In this document: in pieces, positions 14,111-29,154 of the stretch
How the letters are laid out: each line of letters opens with the position of its first letter
How positions within the stretch are numbered: the stretch's first letter is position 1
Assembly: GCA_964016885.1 (NCBI GenBank)
Contig: OZ024760.1
Coordinates: 5,766,001 to 5,830,000 of the forward strand
DNA length: 64,000 nt
Reading direction: 5' to 3'
Source: Eledone cirrhosa
Taxonomy: Eukaryota
The notes under the pieces: generated by a model
What the model saw: the letters and a program-made list of their open reading frames with translations, nothing else
The model's database searches: none
What the model was told of the DNA's origin: nothing
Translations under genes and position numbers: made by a program

Positions 14111-14265
14111 TTCACTATTTAACGATCGTTTCTAGGGTATATATGTGCTATAATTGGTATGCATATTTAACAGATCTATGTACAAAATTATACAAAATTA
14201 TACAAATTATCAAGATTAAATATACATACCTAACTCATATATACGCCGTCTTCAGAAATAATGAA
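14111..14265 (-). ncRNA. Hammerhead ribozyme, copy B pLTR
   Basis: Reverse complement of 2488..2642 (TCTTCAG 14249-55; AACGATCGTTTC 14121-32). Confidence 0.8.
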
Positions 14266-15034
14266 GTATATTTATTGATAATAACAACAATTCAAAATAT
14301 CAGTTCAAAATTGACCAATGAAAACACAAAGGGTTAAAAAGCAGTTTGGTGTGTGTATATACATGTAAAACCCTACACACATTTTACAATAATGTGTGTA
14401 TAATATGTATGTGCATACTAAAAAGATGGATGCAAATAAAAAATTTCAAGGTTAATATCTCTGTAAGCTTAATGCGCTGATAAGATACGCAATGATACTT
14501 ATGTAGTCAAGCATATAAATATATTTTTTTCATACTCACACATATCAGTATAATCACACATACATGTGCGTATATATATAAATATACACATAACCACGAA
14601 CACACAAACACACACACACCCCCCACTCACATTTATATATGTGGATATAAAATCATAAGCAAATAGAAATTAAGTCACTCACATAAACACACTGGTACAC
14701 ACATTTCAAGATCAAGATACAGAAATTAGGTGGGAGGGGGGGGGAGGGGTCAGTATTAGGTTGTCAGACCAGACAGCCTAATATAAATGTATCTATAAAT
14801 TATGAAAAATAAAAAAATAAAAACAATAAAATATATTACATATAATATAATGTACATACGCATACAGATATACATACACATACATACATGTACGCGCACA
14901 TAGAGATATCTACACATACATACATACACACATACCTATACTGTCATACACACACATACATTTACACGAACATACACATACACATATAAAAAGATAAAAA
15001 TACGGACACACACACGCGCAACACATACACACAT

Positions 15035-15081
<47 letters not shown>

Positions 15082-15192
15082 TATACACACACACACATAG
15101 ACTCATATATATATACATACACATACATATACTTATACATAAACATATATATCCCACACTCATACCACCATGAAAACACATACAAACATCCA

Positions 15193-15239
<47 letters not shown>

Positions 15240-15331
15240 ATACACACACGTACACATATATGCATATATACATACATATATACACACATACACACATATA
15301 TATATACACACACACATAAAATACAGACATG

Positions 15332-15362
<31 letters not shown>

Positions 15363-15454
15363 TTCATTACCCTTATATATACACACAATATATATACATA
15401 CACAACCTCACTTATACACATATACACATAAGTTATATTACAATAATAATAAAG

Positions 15455-15491
<37 letters not shown>

Positions 15492-15628
15492 TATACACAC
15501 ATATACACATATACATACATACACATACATATACATACATACATACACATACATACATACACCTAAATATAAACATATATAAATACACACATACGAATAA
15601 AGACATATTCACACATAGACACCTATAT

Positions 15629-15672
<44 letters not shown>

Positions 15673-15759
15673 ATATACACACACATACACATACATACAC
15701 ATATATATATATATACACATATATACACACGCACACACATACAGACACACATACACACT

Positions 15760-15796
<37 letters not shown>

Positions 15797-17493
15797 ATGT
15801 GAGTGTGCGCAAATACATACATATATATACACACACACATACAAACACACACAAACACATACATATGCATACATGCACACACACACACATATATCACATA
15901 GATACGAAGATAAACATATAAATAGAGAGACATACAAATATATACAGAACCCATATACACATACATGCAAACACGCATATACATATATACATATATACAC
16001 ACATATATATTCCTATATACAAGCATACACATACACACACATATATACATATACCTACACATATATATACCACACATTCACATACACGTACATATATAAT
16101 ACATATATATACATACATATACATACATATGTATGTACAATCATATATACACACTCAATCTTACATTCATATTTACATGCTCATATATGTATTTTTATAT
16201 CTAGAAATAAATACCAAAAAAACTATATAGACACCCATCTACCCATATATTCATACATATACACTTACAAAAACAGATGATAATAGTATGGGGGAAAGGG
16301 GGGGGTTTGGAGAAGGGGATCAAAGTAAATATATGTTTCAAGAAACTTATAATATTTTCCATATCTTAATTCAATGTATGTTCTTACATATTTTCAATGC
16401 TAGGAAATACGAAATCTATGCATCACAAAATAAAAAAGTATACCATTAATCATATGTCAACTAAACCAAAGATAGTCAACATATTGATTTCCAAGGTGTA
16501 AATTAGTTAGGTTTATAATATTTGAAGCAGAATTATGAAGTCAAACAGTAGTAGATTATTAATTACATTATAACTAAATTAAAGTTAATAATAGGGAAAA
16601 GAAACCCAAATAAAAATAAAATAAAGTATTACATCGGTAGTAGCATATAAATTATATGTTAACTAAGTTAAAAATTATATATATATTTCAATAGTATATG
16701 TTAATTAGTATATGTTAATTAGGTATACAATACATAAAGCAGATATTGTATTTCATCAATAGCATAATATAATTATATGCAAATAAAAATCAAAATTAAT
16801 ACGCATACACATACATATACATACACATACACATACATATACATATACATACACATATATATATATATATATATATACATATATATACACACATACATAC
16901 ATATATAGTCACATAAATATACATACAGATACACATACAATACACACATATACATATACATATAGATATACATATCTTTTTCAAAAAATTTGCACAGAAT
17001 ATATTAACTAGGTATATATCCAAAAACACCTCCCATTCTATGATTACATGAAATTCTGCAATTCGTCTGTACAAGGATACTAATTTTAAGCAAATTAAAA
17101 TTAAAATTAAAGTTTTAGGTTGATTAAAGCTAAAACCAAATAATAAATATATTTCCAAAATGTATATTAATTAGGTCAATAATACTAAAAATTCTTTCTC
17201 CGTCATAGGATACATGATATTATTTTGTTATATTTTATCTGTAAAAGAATTATAATAAAAAAAAAAAAAATTTTATAATAAAAGGTTAAACTAAATTAAA
17301 AAATTATAATAAAAGGTTAAAATAAGTTAAAATTAATCTATAAATTAAATTACTGAATATATATTATTAATATTTAAAGGTTTTTCAAAATTAATGATTA
17401 CATAATATTTTCTCATCTGTAATAAAATATTAATTAAATTAAATTTATAGGTTAACTAACATTTAAATTAAATTAAATTCTAGAATAATGTTA

Positions 17494-19935
17494 TTAATTA
17501 GGTTTATAATATTTAAATGTTTTTTTTAGTTTATGATTACACGATATAATTAATTCCTGTCTTTTATTTAATAAGATATCCCTAGACTTCATTATTTCAA
17601 ATAGTTCTTGGGAACATAATCTACATTCCTTTCTATTATTTTGATAAGGGGTGGCTCTTTTGAGCACACTCCAGGTCAAATCATATTTTATATTTTTATT
17701 TTTATAACTATTGATTTTTTCTGCTAGAGATGTTGTATTAGCCAGTGCGGCATTTTTAAAGCTATGTTTGTGGGTATTATACCTTGTCTTAAAATTGTTA
17801 GAGGTAGCTCCTATATATGAGCAAATAGAATCTTTAGTTTTAACATTACATTTATAGACTATGTTGTTAACAAGACAATTCCCTTTTAATGGGCAGTTTG
17901 TTTTGTTTCTACAGTTACATCCTTTCGTTAATTCTGTATTTGAGGAGATATTATTGTTAATTTGATGTACTGGTGGTATACTTATAGTTTTCTTACATTT
18001 ATATGCATTATATGCACTTATATTTTGTTTTATGTTATTTGTTGTAGAATATGAGAATTTAACTGTAGACCTATTTAAGATTTGATGGTATTTGTGGTTT
18101 GGCGGGAAGTTTTTCTCAAGGATATAAAAAAATTTTTTAGCAATATTATCCTTAACTTGTAAATTAAAAGGAGCATTATACCAAGTAACTCGTCTATTAC
18201 GGTTTCTATGTTGTTTATTATTTTTATTATTTTTATATGTTGTATCATGATTTTTACTAGGAGGAATAATGTTAATGATCTCACCACAACTATTTTTAGT
18301 TATATTTGTAGATTTAGGTGTTTTATCTTTTTTATTAGGAGTTTTATTATTAATATTTATTATAGTCTTATGATGAGTAGTTTTTTGAGGGTTACTATAC
18401 TTTATATTAGAAGATTTAGTATTTTGGGGTATACTGTGGGTGGCATTTAGGTGTGTACCTTTCATTTGGTGTTTGTTGGTAATATTATGCTGTATGTTTT
18501 CAGTATTTTTAGTAGAAGTTATATACTCTAATCTATTTTTGTGGCCACTTCTATCTAGAGCTTCATTATAAAAGGTCGCATTTTTATCAAATACATCTTG
18601 GTTAGAAGAAAGGTTAGAAATTCTAAGTGATATATTATATGCAAGGTTTTTAAGGATAGATTTAGGGTGATTAGATTGTGAGTGTATGTAATGTAAGTTT
18701 TGGTTAGGTTTATGGTAAGGTTGGTATATACCCGTAGCTAAATCTAAAGTTATATCTAGGAAATTTACTACTTTACTTGTTTTTTCAAAAGTAATATTAA
18801 GATTATAATAGTCCTTAAGGAAAGTTCTAATATGCTTTTTGTTTTTTTCGATTTCTGAAAGGCTAAGGTTGTTAGAAAGAAGAAGACAGTCATCACGATA
18901 TAAACCACCTTTGAGGTGGGGAAAAGAGGCATTTATGTTGAAAAGGAGAAAGAGGCCCACAAGATCAGTAATTTGGGCAGAATCGCTTGAACCCATAGTA
19001 ATATCAAAAAGATTACTATAAGTGTTTCTGGTCCAGTATTCATTCTGAAATTCAATAAGTGTTTGTCTAGCATGTGTAATAATGTTAATGTCATCCGAAG
19101 TTAAATTAGATCTATTTTTAGCAAATATTAATGCTTTGTTCAGGAGTATGGGTGATATAGAAGAATAATAGTTATCTATATCAAACTGTAGGAAAGAAGC
19201 AGAAGATTTACACCTAATATTTTTAAACCAATTAATTACCTGGGAGGTGTTTTCCCAGAGTGGTAAAATAACATATTTTCTTATTTGTGGGATGACTCTA
19301 TCTAAAATTTTTTTGCTAATTATTCCAATATCTGATTTGGAGGGACATATAAGTCTAATAGAAGGATTAGAGTTAAAGTTAGATTTGTGATCTTTCAGGT
19401 TGAAGTGTGGACTTCTCAATGCCAAAGGTTCAGTTCTATCTTCAATATTTAGTTTTTTTACTATGTTGTGTGTTTTGTTGTTGATGTTGGTGAGTGACGC
19501 AATATTAGATTTTTTATAACTTTTTCTGAGTTCTTTATATATGAACTCATTATAATGTTCAATATCCATATGATACAAGTTACCAGTTTTGTCCGAGTGG
19601 ACATGGATTTTTTTAGACTTTTTTAGGTCCAATAGGGTAGAATCAAGGTCCTTTTGAAAGACGGATTTATACTTTTTAAATTTGAGGTGTTTAATTAAAT
19701 TAAAAAGGTCTTTCTCGAAGTCTTCAAGTAAAAAGTTGTGTGGTGGATTCTTGTAAGTGTTGAAATCATACATATATTTCCGATCTGCTTGTTTAGATTT
19801 TCTATCAAAGTGGTAGGCTCTCCATCTAACCCTTCTGATAAAATTATTAGTTTTCTGAATCATAAGGAGTAAGAAGTCGTCCTTAGAAGGTATTGGTATG
19901 TTTTTTAAGGAGGTTCCTAAATATTGTTTTTCCAT
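17494..19935 (-). CDS. PLE RT + GIY-YIG polyprotein, copy B
   Basis: Intact. The only protein difference I see from copy A is SNNAS to SNIAS. Confidence 0.93.
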   Translation of the reverse strand: MEKQYLGTSLKNIPIPSKDDFLLLMIQKTNNFIRRVRWRAYHFDRKSKQADRKYMYDFNTYKNPPHNFLLEDFEKDLFNLIKHLKFKKYKSVFQKDLDSTLLDLKKSKKIHVHSDKTGNLYHMDIEHYNEFIYKELRKSYKKSNIASLTNINNKTHNIVKKLNIEDRTEPLALRSPHFNLKDHKSNFNSNPSIRLICPSKSDIGIISKKILDRVIPQIRKYVILPLWENTSQVINWFKNIRCKSSASFLQFDIDNYYSSISPILLNKALIFAKNRSNLTSDDINIITHARQTLIEFQNEYWTRNTYSNLFDITMGSSDSAQITDLVGLFLLFNINASFPHLKGGLYRDDCLLLSNNLSLSEIEKNKKHIRTFLKDYYNLNITFEKTSKVVNFLDITLDLATGIYQPYHKPNQNLHYIHSQSNHPKSILKNLAYNISLRISNLSSNQDVFDKNATFYNEALDRSGHKNRLEYITSTKNTENIQHNITNKHQMKGTHLNATHSIPQNTKSSNIKYSNPQKTTHHKTIININNKTPNKKDKTPKSTNITKNSCGEIINIIPPSKNHDTTYKNNKNNKQHRNRNRRVTWYNAPFNLQVKDNIAKKFFYILEKNFPPNHKYHQILNRSTVKFSYSTTNNIKQNISAYNAYKCKKTISIPPVHQINNNISSNTELTKGCNCRNKTNCPLKGNCLVNNIVYKCNVKTKDSICSYIGATSNNFKTRYNTHKHSFKNAALANTTSLAEKINSYKNKNIKYDLTWSVLKRATPYQNNRKECRLCSQELFEIMKSRDILLNKRQELIISCNHKLKKTFKYYKPN

Positions 19936-20471
19936 TGTGATATGGATGATGGACAATTGAAAGAGCTCAACTAAATGTATATGGGTTTACAAAATCATAC
20001 ATATATATATGTATATACATAAATATAAAATTAATACACACATACAGTACAAAAATACGAATATTTCCGTGAAAATAGGAGCAAAATTATGTAGATAAAT
20101 CTACCAAGAGTTTACGGTAGTGTCCAATCCGTATGAAGAACTCAATGTATTCCGGATATCATGGAAAGAAGAGATGTAATGAAAATCCAATTTCGGTGAA
20201 AGATAAACGGTATACAGAGTCAAGATAAAATATTAAACAAATAATGAACAAACAATTCCTTATATTAAACAAAAAAAGTTCACTATTTAACGATCGTTTC
20301 TAGGGTATATATGTGCTACATATATATGGGTATATATGTGCTACATATATATATATATATATATACATAAATATATATATATATACATAAATATAGATAT
20401 ATATACAAAAATATATATATATATACATAAATATATATATATATACATAAATATATATATATATACATAAA

Positions 20472-20531
<60 letters not shown>

Positions 20532-20626
20532 CATAAATATATATATATATATATATACATAAATATATATATATATATATACATAAATATATATATATAT
20601 ACATAAATATATATATATATATATAC

Positions 20627-20807
<181 letters not shown>

Positions 20808-20812
20808 AATAT

Positions 20813-20977
<165 letters not shown>

Positions 20978-21049
20978 AATATATATACATAAATATACAT
21001 AAATATATACACACATATATATATATACATAAATATATATATATATATT

Positions 21050-24000
21050 ACATGCTGTAAAATGGAGGGGTAGAGAGGGCCCTTGAGTCTAGTAAGACAT
21101 CCTCTCTAGTGCTGGTGGCACAAATAAAAGCACCCAGTCCATGCTGTAAAGTGGCGCTGGTGTTAGGAAGGGCATCCAACCAGTGTATCAATGCCAAAAA
21201 GCTTATCAGCACAGCAACAAAACAGCATAGAAAAAAAATATGAAGACGTCGCATCTCAGAGTTGCAACACTTAATGTTGGCACTCTCAGAGGTAGATCTG
21301 CTGAAATAGCGGAGATGCTGGAGAGAAGGCAGGTGGATGTGTGCTGCGTGCAAGAGGTGAGATGGAGAGGTGCCTCTGCGAGACTAGTCGTAGGCAAGCG
21401 TCTTAGCTATAAGCTATTCTGGGTAGGTAAGGATGATGGGTTAGGGGGAGTAGGCATTTTCCTGGCTGAGAAATGGATCAATAAGACAATAGAGGTAGTT
21501 CGAGTTAGTAATCGAATAATTAAGCTTAGATTAGTTGTAGGTAGGAGACTACTGACAATCATCTCGGTCTATGCTCCCCAAGCAGGCCTAGGCAAAGATG
21601 AGAAAGACTGCTTTTATGAGCAACTTTTGCAAACAACCACAATGACAGAGGACGGAGACATCGTTATGCTAGCAGGAGACTTCAATGGTCATGTTGGACA
21701 GCTCCAGGATGGTTACACTGGGGTACATGGTGGGCATGGTTACGGTTCAAGAAATGAAGAAGGAGTGAGACTTCTTGAATTTTGTGATGCAAGTACATTG
21801 ACTATTTGCAACACAAACTTCCAGAAACCTGCCAATCACCTAATAACCTACAAATCTGGTGAGCACATAAGCCAGATTGACTTCCTGCTAGTTAGGCAGC
21901 GGGACAGGCAGATAGTGTCTAATACCAAGGCATACCCTGGGGAAGAATGTACCCCACAGCATAGGTTAGTTGTTAGTGATATCTCAGTAAGCAAGAGATG
22001 GAATGAGCCATATAGGAAGGTGTGGAGAAGAAAGGTCTGGAAGCTAAAAGACCTTTCACTAAAATTCAAATTTAGGAAAGCCCTTCAAGATGTATATGAC
22101 GAAAAAGAAGACGATTTAGAGACGTATGACATAGATAATAACTGGAAGTTCTTACGTGACAACTTGCTGAAGGCTACTGATGAAACTTGTGGCTGGAGCA
22201 GAGCCCCAACCAGACAGAGAGTGACCTGGTGGTGGAACAGCAGTGTAGATAAGGCTATTAGAGACAAAAGACTAGCATGGAAGGCTTGGAATAAGGGTGG
22301 GAGTAGGGAAGAATATACAGCCACTAAGAGAGAAGCTAGACGTCAGGTGTACTTAGCACGCAGGGAGGCAGAGAGTAGGAGGTTTGCCAATGTTCTGCGA
22401 CGGGAAGATCAGAGGCGTGCGGTGTTCCACATTGCAAGGCAGTGTGTCAATGCAAATCAGGATGTTGTTGGTGATAAATGTGTCCGGGATGATGCCGGTG
22501 TACTTAGTGTCACGAATGACCAGAAAAAGGAGGCCTGGAAATGCCATTATGAGAGACTGATGAATGTGGAGAACGAATGGGAGAGAGAGAAATTACCCTT
22601 GGTAGATCCGACAGAGGGACCAGCTATTGAGATTGACGAATATAGGGTCCAAGAGGCGATTAGGGAAATGAAAAATGGTAAGGCGGCCGGACCATCGGGA
22701 ATAGTTGCTGAGATGCTGAAGGCATCAGGGGACGTAGGCACTAAACTGGTTGCACGCATAATCAATCAGGCTATATATGGTGGTGTCATACCCAAAGACT
22801 GGTGCAGCAGTATTCTCATAAATTGCTACAAAGGTAAAGGGGATGCTTTGGAGAGGAGCAATTATAGGGGTATAAAACTGATAGATCAGGTTATGAAAGT
22901 GGCAGAAAGGATTTTAGCACAACTAATTAGAGAAAGGGTCAAACTAGATGAGATGCAGTTTGGTTTTGTGCCTGGGAAGAGTACAACAGATGCCCTCTTC
23001 TTGGTGAGACAAATGCAAGAGAGGTTCTTAGAGAAGAATAAGCCACTATACTTGGCCTTTGTTGACCTAGAGAAGGCCTTTGATAGGGTACCCCGATCTG
23101 TCATCTGGTGGTCCCTAAGGAAGCTGGGTGTTGAGGAATGGCTTGTAAGGACAGTGCAAACTTTGTACAGAGGTACTCTCAGTAAAGTCAGGGTAGGAAT
23201 GGAGTTTAGTGAGGAATTCCAGATACAAGTAGGAGTACATCAGGGTTCGGTCCTCAGCCCGCTCTTGTTCATTATAGTCCTCCAAGCCATAACAGAGGAG
23301 TTTAAGACTGGCTGTCCATGGGAACTTCTCTATGCTGACGATCTGGCTCTTATGGCAGAATCAGTAGAGGAGCTAGAGAATAAATTCCGGCTATGGAAAC
23401 AGCAGTTGGAAGCAAGAGGACTGAGAGTAAATCTAGCTAAGACAAAAGTGTTGATGAGTAGAAAAGAGGACAAAACCCTGATTCCGTCAGGGAAATGGCC
23501 ATGTTCGATATGCAGAAAAGGAACTGGCATAAATTCTATAAAATGCACACAATGTAGGTCCTGGGTACACAAGAGATGTAGCGGGATAGCAGGCAAACTA
23601 ACAGGTAGGGAGAAATATGTATGCAGTAGATGTACAGGGAAATTAGACAGTAGAAGTCGCACTGATAGACACATTTTTCAAATGCGAGAGGGCGCTATAG
23701 AAGTGGTGGATAGCTTCCGGTACCTAGGAGATCAGATTAGCATGGGAGGAGGGTGTTCCGAGGCCATAGTATCTAGAATAAGGACGGGTTGGAAGAAGTT
23801 TAGGGAGCTGCTTCCTCTGTTGACGAAGAAGGGTTTCTCCCTGCGTACGAAAGGCCGGTTGTATGATGCCTGTGTGAGGAGCGCGATGCTGCATGGTAGT
23901 GAGACATGGGCAGCTACCGCAGAAGATATGCGACGGCTGGAGAGAAATGAGGCAAGCATGCTCCGTTGGATGTGCAGTGTAAATGTGCGTGAACGACCCA

Positions 24001-24335
24001 GCATAAATGTGTTGAGAGAGAAACTGTGTCTGAGAGGGATAGAATGTAGTGTACGGGAGAGGAGACTGAGGTGGTATGGACATGTGATGCGCATGGAGGA
24101 TGACCGATGGGTGAAGAAGTGCCAGGAAATGCCAGTTGAAGGAAGACGTAGTAGAGGTAGACCACGAAAAACATGGGCGGAGGTGGTGAGAACAGACCTC
24201 AGATCATTGAAGCTCACGGTGGAGATGACGAGGGACCGTGACGAGTGGAGAGATGCTGTGCTGAATAAGACCCGTCCCACCCTTGCAAGCAGGGAAAAGC
24301 GGACGTAAAATGATGATGATGATGATGATGATGAT
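21050..24335 (+). mobile_element. Apparently full-length RTE-clade LINE inserted in a (TA)n/CATAAA microsatellite
   Basis: About 190-nt 5' UTR with GGTGTTAGGAAGGGCATCC, a single ORF, and a (TGA)n tail right after the stop. A possible ~30-bp TSD is ambiguous because it lies in microsatellite. Confidence 0.92.
21240..24308 (+). CDS. RTE ORF: AP endonuclease + reverse transcriptase with embedded PHD-type zinc finger
   Basis: APE motifs ATLNVGTL, VQEVRW, ISVYAPQ, AGDFNGHVG, QIDFLL, QHRLV; RT motifs NYRGIKL, QFGF, FVDLEKAFDRV, GVHQGSVLSPLLF, YADD, FRYLG; RTE C-terminus RLRWYGHV...GRPRKTW; C4HC3 at aa 755-798. Confidence 0.95.
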   Translation: MKTSHLRVATLNVGTLRGRSAEIAEMLERRQVDVCCVQEVRWRGASARLVVGKRLSYKLFWVGKDDGLGGVGIFLAEKWINKTIEVVRVSNRIIKLRLVVGRRLLTIISVYAPQAGLGKDEKDCFYEQLLQTTTMTEDGDIVMLAGDFNGHVGQLQDGYTGVHGGHGYGSRNEEGVRLLEFCDASTLTICNTNFQKPANHLITYKSGEHISQIDFLLVRQRDRQIVSNTKAYPGEECTPQHRLVVSDISVSKRWNEPYRKVWRRKVWKLKDLSLKFKFRKALQDVYDEKEDDLETYDIDNNWKFLRDNLLKATDETCGWSRAPTRQRVTWWWNSSVDKAIRDKRLAWKAWNKGGSREEYTATKREARRQVYLARREAESRRFANVLRREDQRRAVFHIARQCVNANQDVVGDKCVRDDAGVLSVTNDQKKEAWKCHYERLMNVENEWEREKLPLVDPTEGPAIEIDEYRVQEAIREMKNGKAAGPSGIVAEMLKASGDVGTKLVARIINQAIYGGVIPKDWCSSILINCYKGKGDALERSNYRGIKLIDQVMKVAERILAQLIRERVKLDEMQFGFVPGKSTTDALFLVRQMQERFLEKNKPLYLAFVDLEKAFDRVPRSVIWWSLRKLGVEEWLVRTVQTLYRGTLSKVRVGMEFSEEFQIQVGVHQGSVLSPLLFIIVLQAITEEFKTGCPWELLYADDLALMAESVEELENKFRLWKQQLEARGLRVNLAKTKVLMSRKEDKTLIPSGKWPCSICRKGTGINSIKCTQCRSWVHKRCSGIAGKLTGREKYVCSRCTGKLDSRSRTDRHIFQMREGAIEVVDSFRYLGDQISMGGGCSEAIVSRIRTGWKKFRELLPLLTKKGFSLRTKGRLYDACVRSAMLHGSETWAATAEDMRRLERNEASMLRWMCSVNVRERPSINVLREKLCLRGIECSVRERRLRWYGHVMRMEDDRWVKKCQEMPVEGRRSRGRPRKTWAEVVRTDLRSLKLTVEMTRDRDEWRDAVLNKTRPTLASREKRT

Positions 24336-26690
<2,355 letters not shown>

Positions 26691-26718
26691 GACAAACCCC
26701 CAAAACAGTAATACTTAC

Positions 26719-27140
26719 TAAACGACATTTTTCACAGGGTGAAGAACTTCCAGTGCTTATACTGTCTGTTTTCTGAAACTTTTTGCCCCTTTTCCACTTA
26801 AACGGGCTTTTGCTTTTGTCAATACTCCGACCTTTAGTTAGTTCTGGTCTGGTACCATCTGTCTGGGTTGTTGGAGATTCCTGTGTGATTTTAGCGCCGT
26901 CTGTCAGCCTAGGAGAATCAGTCGACCTTTCGTCGTCTGTTAATCTCGTAGAGTCCAAGATTTTCGCCGTGTCTCCGCTTTTGATCGTGTCACTGCTTTT
27001 AGCAGAATCAGAGCTTTTCGTTGACTCTAGACTTTTGGTCGTTTCACAACTTTTAGATACGTCCGTGACCATCACTGTTGGAACTTCTCCAGCATTGTCC
27101 ACCATCAACCATTCATCAGACTTGGTAGCGCTGTTCCCTG
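26719..27140 (-). CDS. Probable host-gene coding exon (Ser/Thr/Lys-rich, disordered)
   Basis: Minus-strand acceptor TCTTCCAG/CAG (27140 or 27137) and donor TTA/GTAAGT after 26719. Open frame [17 protein letters not shown]...PCEKCRL in non-repetitive sequence. Its phase-1 start fits the exon at 37754-37937. Confidence 0.72.
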
Positions 27141-27352
27141 CTGGAAGACATCAACGTACAGTTAATAATTGTTTCGACTTTTGGCACAAGGCCAGCAATT
27201 ATCCCAGTGCATTACTGGTACTTTATTTTATTGACCCCCGCAAGAATGAAATGTAAAGCTAACCGCAGTGGGATTAACATACAGTTAATAATGGTTTCTC
27301 ATTTAGGCACAAGGTCAACAATAATTTGGTGGAGTAAAGAAGGGGAAGGTTG

Positions 27353-27870
27353 ATTAAATAGAGCCCAGTACATTACTGGTACTTTATTTTATCAATCTTG
27401 TAGTGATGAAAGGCAAAGCTAGCCTCGTTAATAATGTTTACAGGATAAAAGGGAAAAGTCAATTAAATCAACCCCAGTACATTACTGGTACTTTATTTTA
27501 TCAATCTTGTAGTGATGAAAGGCAAAGCTAGCCTCGTTAATAATGTTTACAGGATAAAAGGGAAAAGTCAATTAAATCAACTCCAGTACATTACTGGTAC
27601 TTTATTTTATCAATCTTGTAGTGATGAAAGGCAAAGCTAGGCTCGTTAATAATGTTTACAGGATAAAAGGGAAAAGTCAATTAAATCAACCTCAGTACAT
27701 TACTGGTACTTTATTTTATCAATCCTGTAGTGATGAAAGGCAAAGCTAGGCTCGTTAATAATGTTTACAGGATAAAAGGGAAAAGTCAATTAAATCAACC
27801 CCAGTACATTACTGGTACTTTATTTTATCAATCCTGTAGGGATGAAAGGCAAATCTAACCACGTTAACAG
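27353..27870. repeat. 109-bp tandem repeat (~4.5 units) derived from a SINE 3' half
   Basis: CAGTACATTACTGGTACTTTATTTTATC recurs at 27366, 27475, 27584 and onward. Confidence 0.85.
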
Positions 27871-28059
27871 GATACAAAGGTGCATGGCAGTTATAGTGTA
27901 TATTATAAAAAAGAGTGCATAAAACTCTGTATTGTGTTCACTCCAAGACAGAAATGGTTATCAAACAAGTTAGAGAAAATAGACTTGACGTAATATACAC
28001 TGAAATACACAATAGAGTCACAGATAGTGAGGTGGTGATGTGAAGGATGGTGCAATAGC

Positions 28060-28590
28060 ACAGAAAGATGGGACAGTAATGGAGGGGTGTGTGTGTGAGT
28101 GTGCGTCAGGAAAATGAGACATCAATAGAGGTATTTGTGCCAGGAAAATGAGACAGTAATGGAGGTGTGTGTGCCACAGGAAATGGGCCAGCAATGGAGG
28201 TGTGTGTGTCACAGGAAATGGGACAGCAATGGAGGTGTGTGTGTCACAGGAAATGGGACAGCAATAGAGGTGTTTGTGCCAGGAAAATGAGACAGTAATG
28301 GAGGTATTGGTGCCACAGGAAATGGGACAGCAATGGAGGTGTGTGTGCCACAGGAAATGGGACAGCAATGGAGGTGTGTGCATGCCATGGGGAAAATGGG
28401 ACAGCAATGGAGGTGTATATGTGTGTGTGTGCCAGGAAAATGGGACAGTAGTGGAAGTGTGCTACAAGAAAACAGGACAGCAATGAGGTGTGTGTGCCAC
28501 AAGAAATGGGCCAGTAATATGGAAGTGTGCCACAGGGAATGGGATAGATAATGAGGTACGAACCACAAGAAAATGGAACAGTAATGGGGG
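28060..28590. repeat. ~35-bp minisatellite (GCCACAGGAAATGGGACAGCAATGGAGGTGTGTGT)
   Basis: Degenerate direct repeats seen directly. Confidence 0.85.
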
Positions 28591-29154
28591 GGGGGGATAC
28601 CACAGCAAGTGTAGGGGACTGCATGACTTCAGAAGGGAAGAGGGTTACACTACTACATCATACATTTGAAAGGGACTAGGTGGAGACACAGGGAGCAGAC
28701 ACAGAAGAACCTTTCTAGTTATTAATTTCTAATTCGGGCATAAGGTCCACAAATATGGGAGCATGGCAACTCCAGTATTTCATTAAATCGACCTCAGTTC
28801 ATTACTGGTACTTTATTTTATCGACCCTGGAAGGATGAAAAGTAAAGTTGGCCTTGTAGAAATTTGATAAGTCCAGGATCCCATTATTTTATTTCTTTGT
28901 TTTCTTTCATCCTTCTATCTGTGTTTATTTTATCACACACACATCAAACCATCGGAAAGATTTTTTTTTTTTTTGCATGATCCAGCATTTTACAATGGTA
29001 CTCTCAATTAAATCGTGTGAAACCATTTGGCTGGTCTGTGAGCTGATGAAGGTGAAGATGTGTGTATTAAACTTGTTTTGTACATCGTCTTTCTTTATTT
29101 CATTCTTCTAGTCACTTATCTGCACTAGTGCCCTTCTTCTTTCAGTCTTTTCTA

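Larger units (their letters stand above)
13920..20318 (-). mobile_element. PLE copy B, inverted, slightly more than one unit long
   Basis: Reverse complement of about 2603..8988 with few SNPs and microsatellite length changes. 3' end in (TA)n at 13920; 5' end inside hammerhead helix II. Confidence 0.93.
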
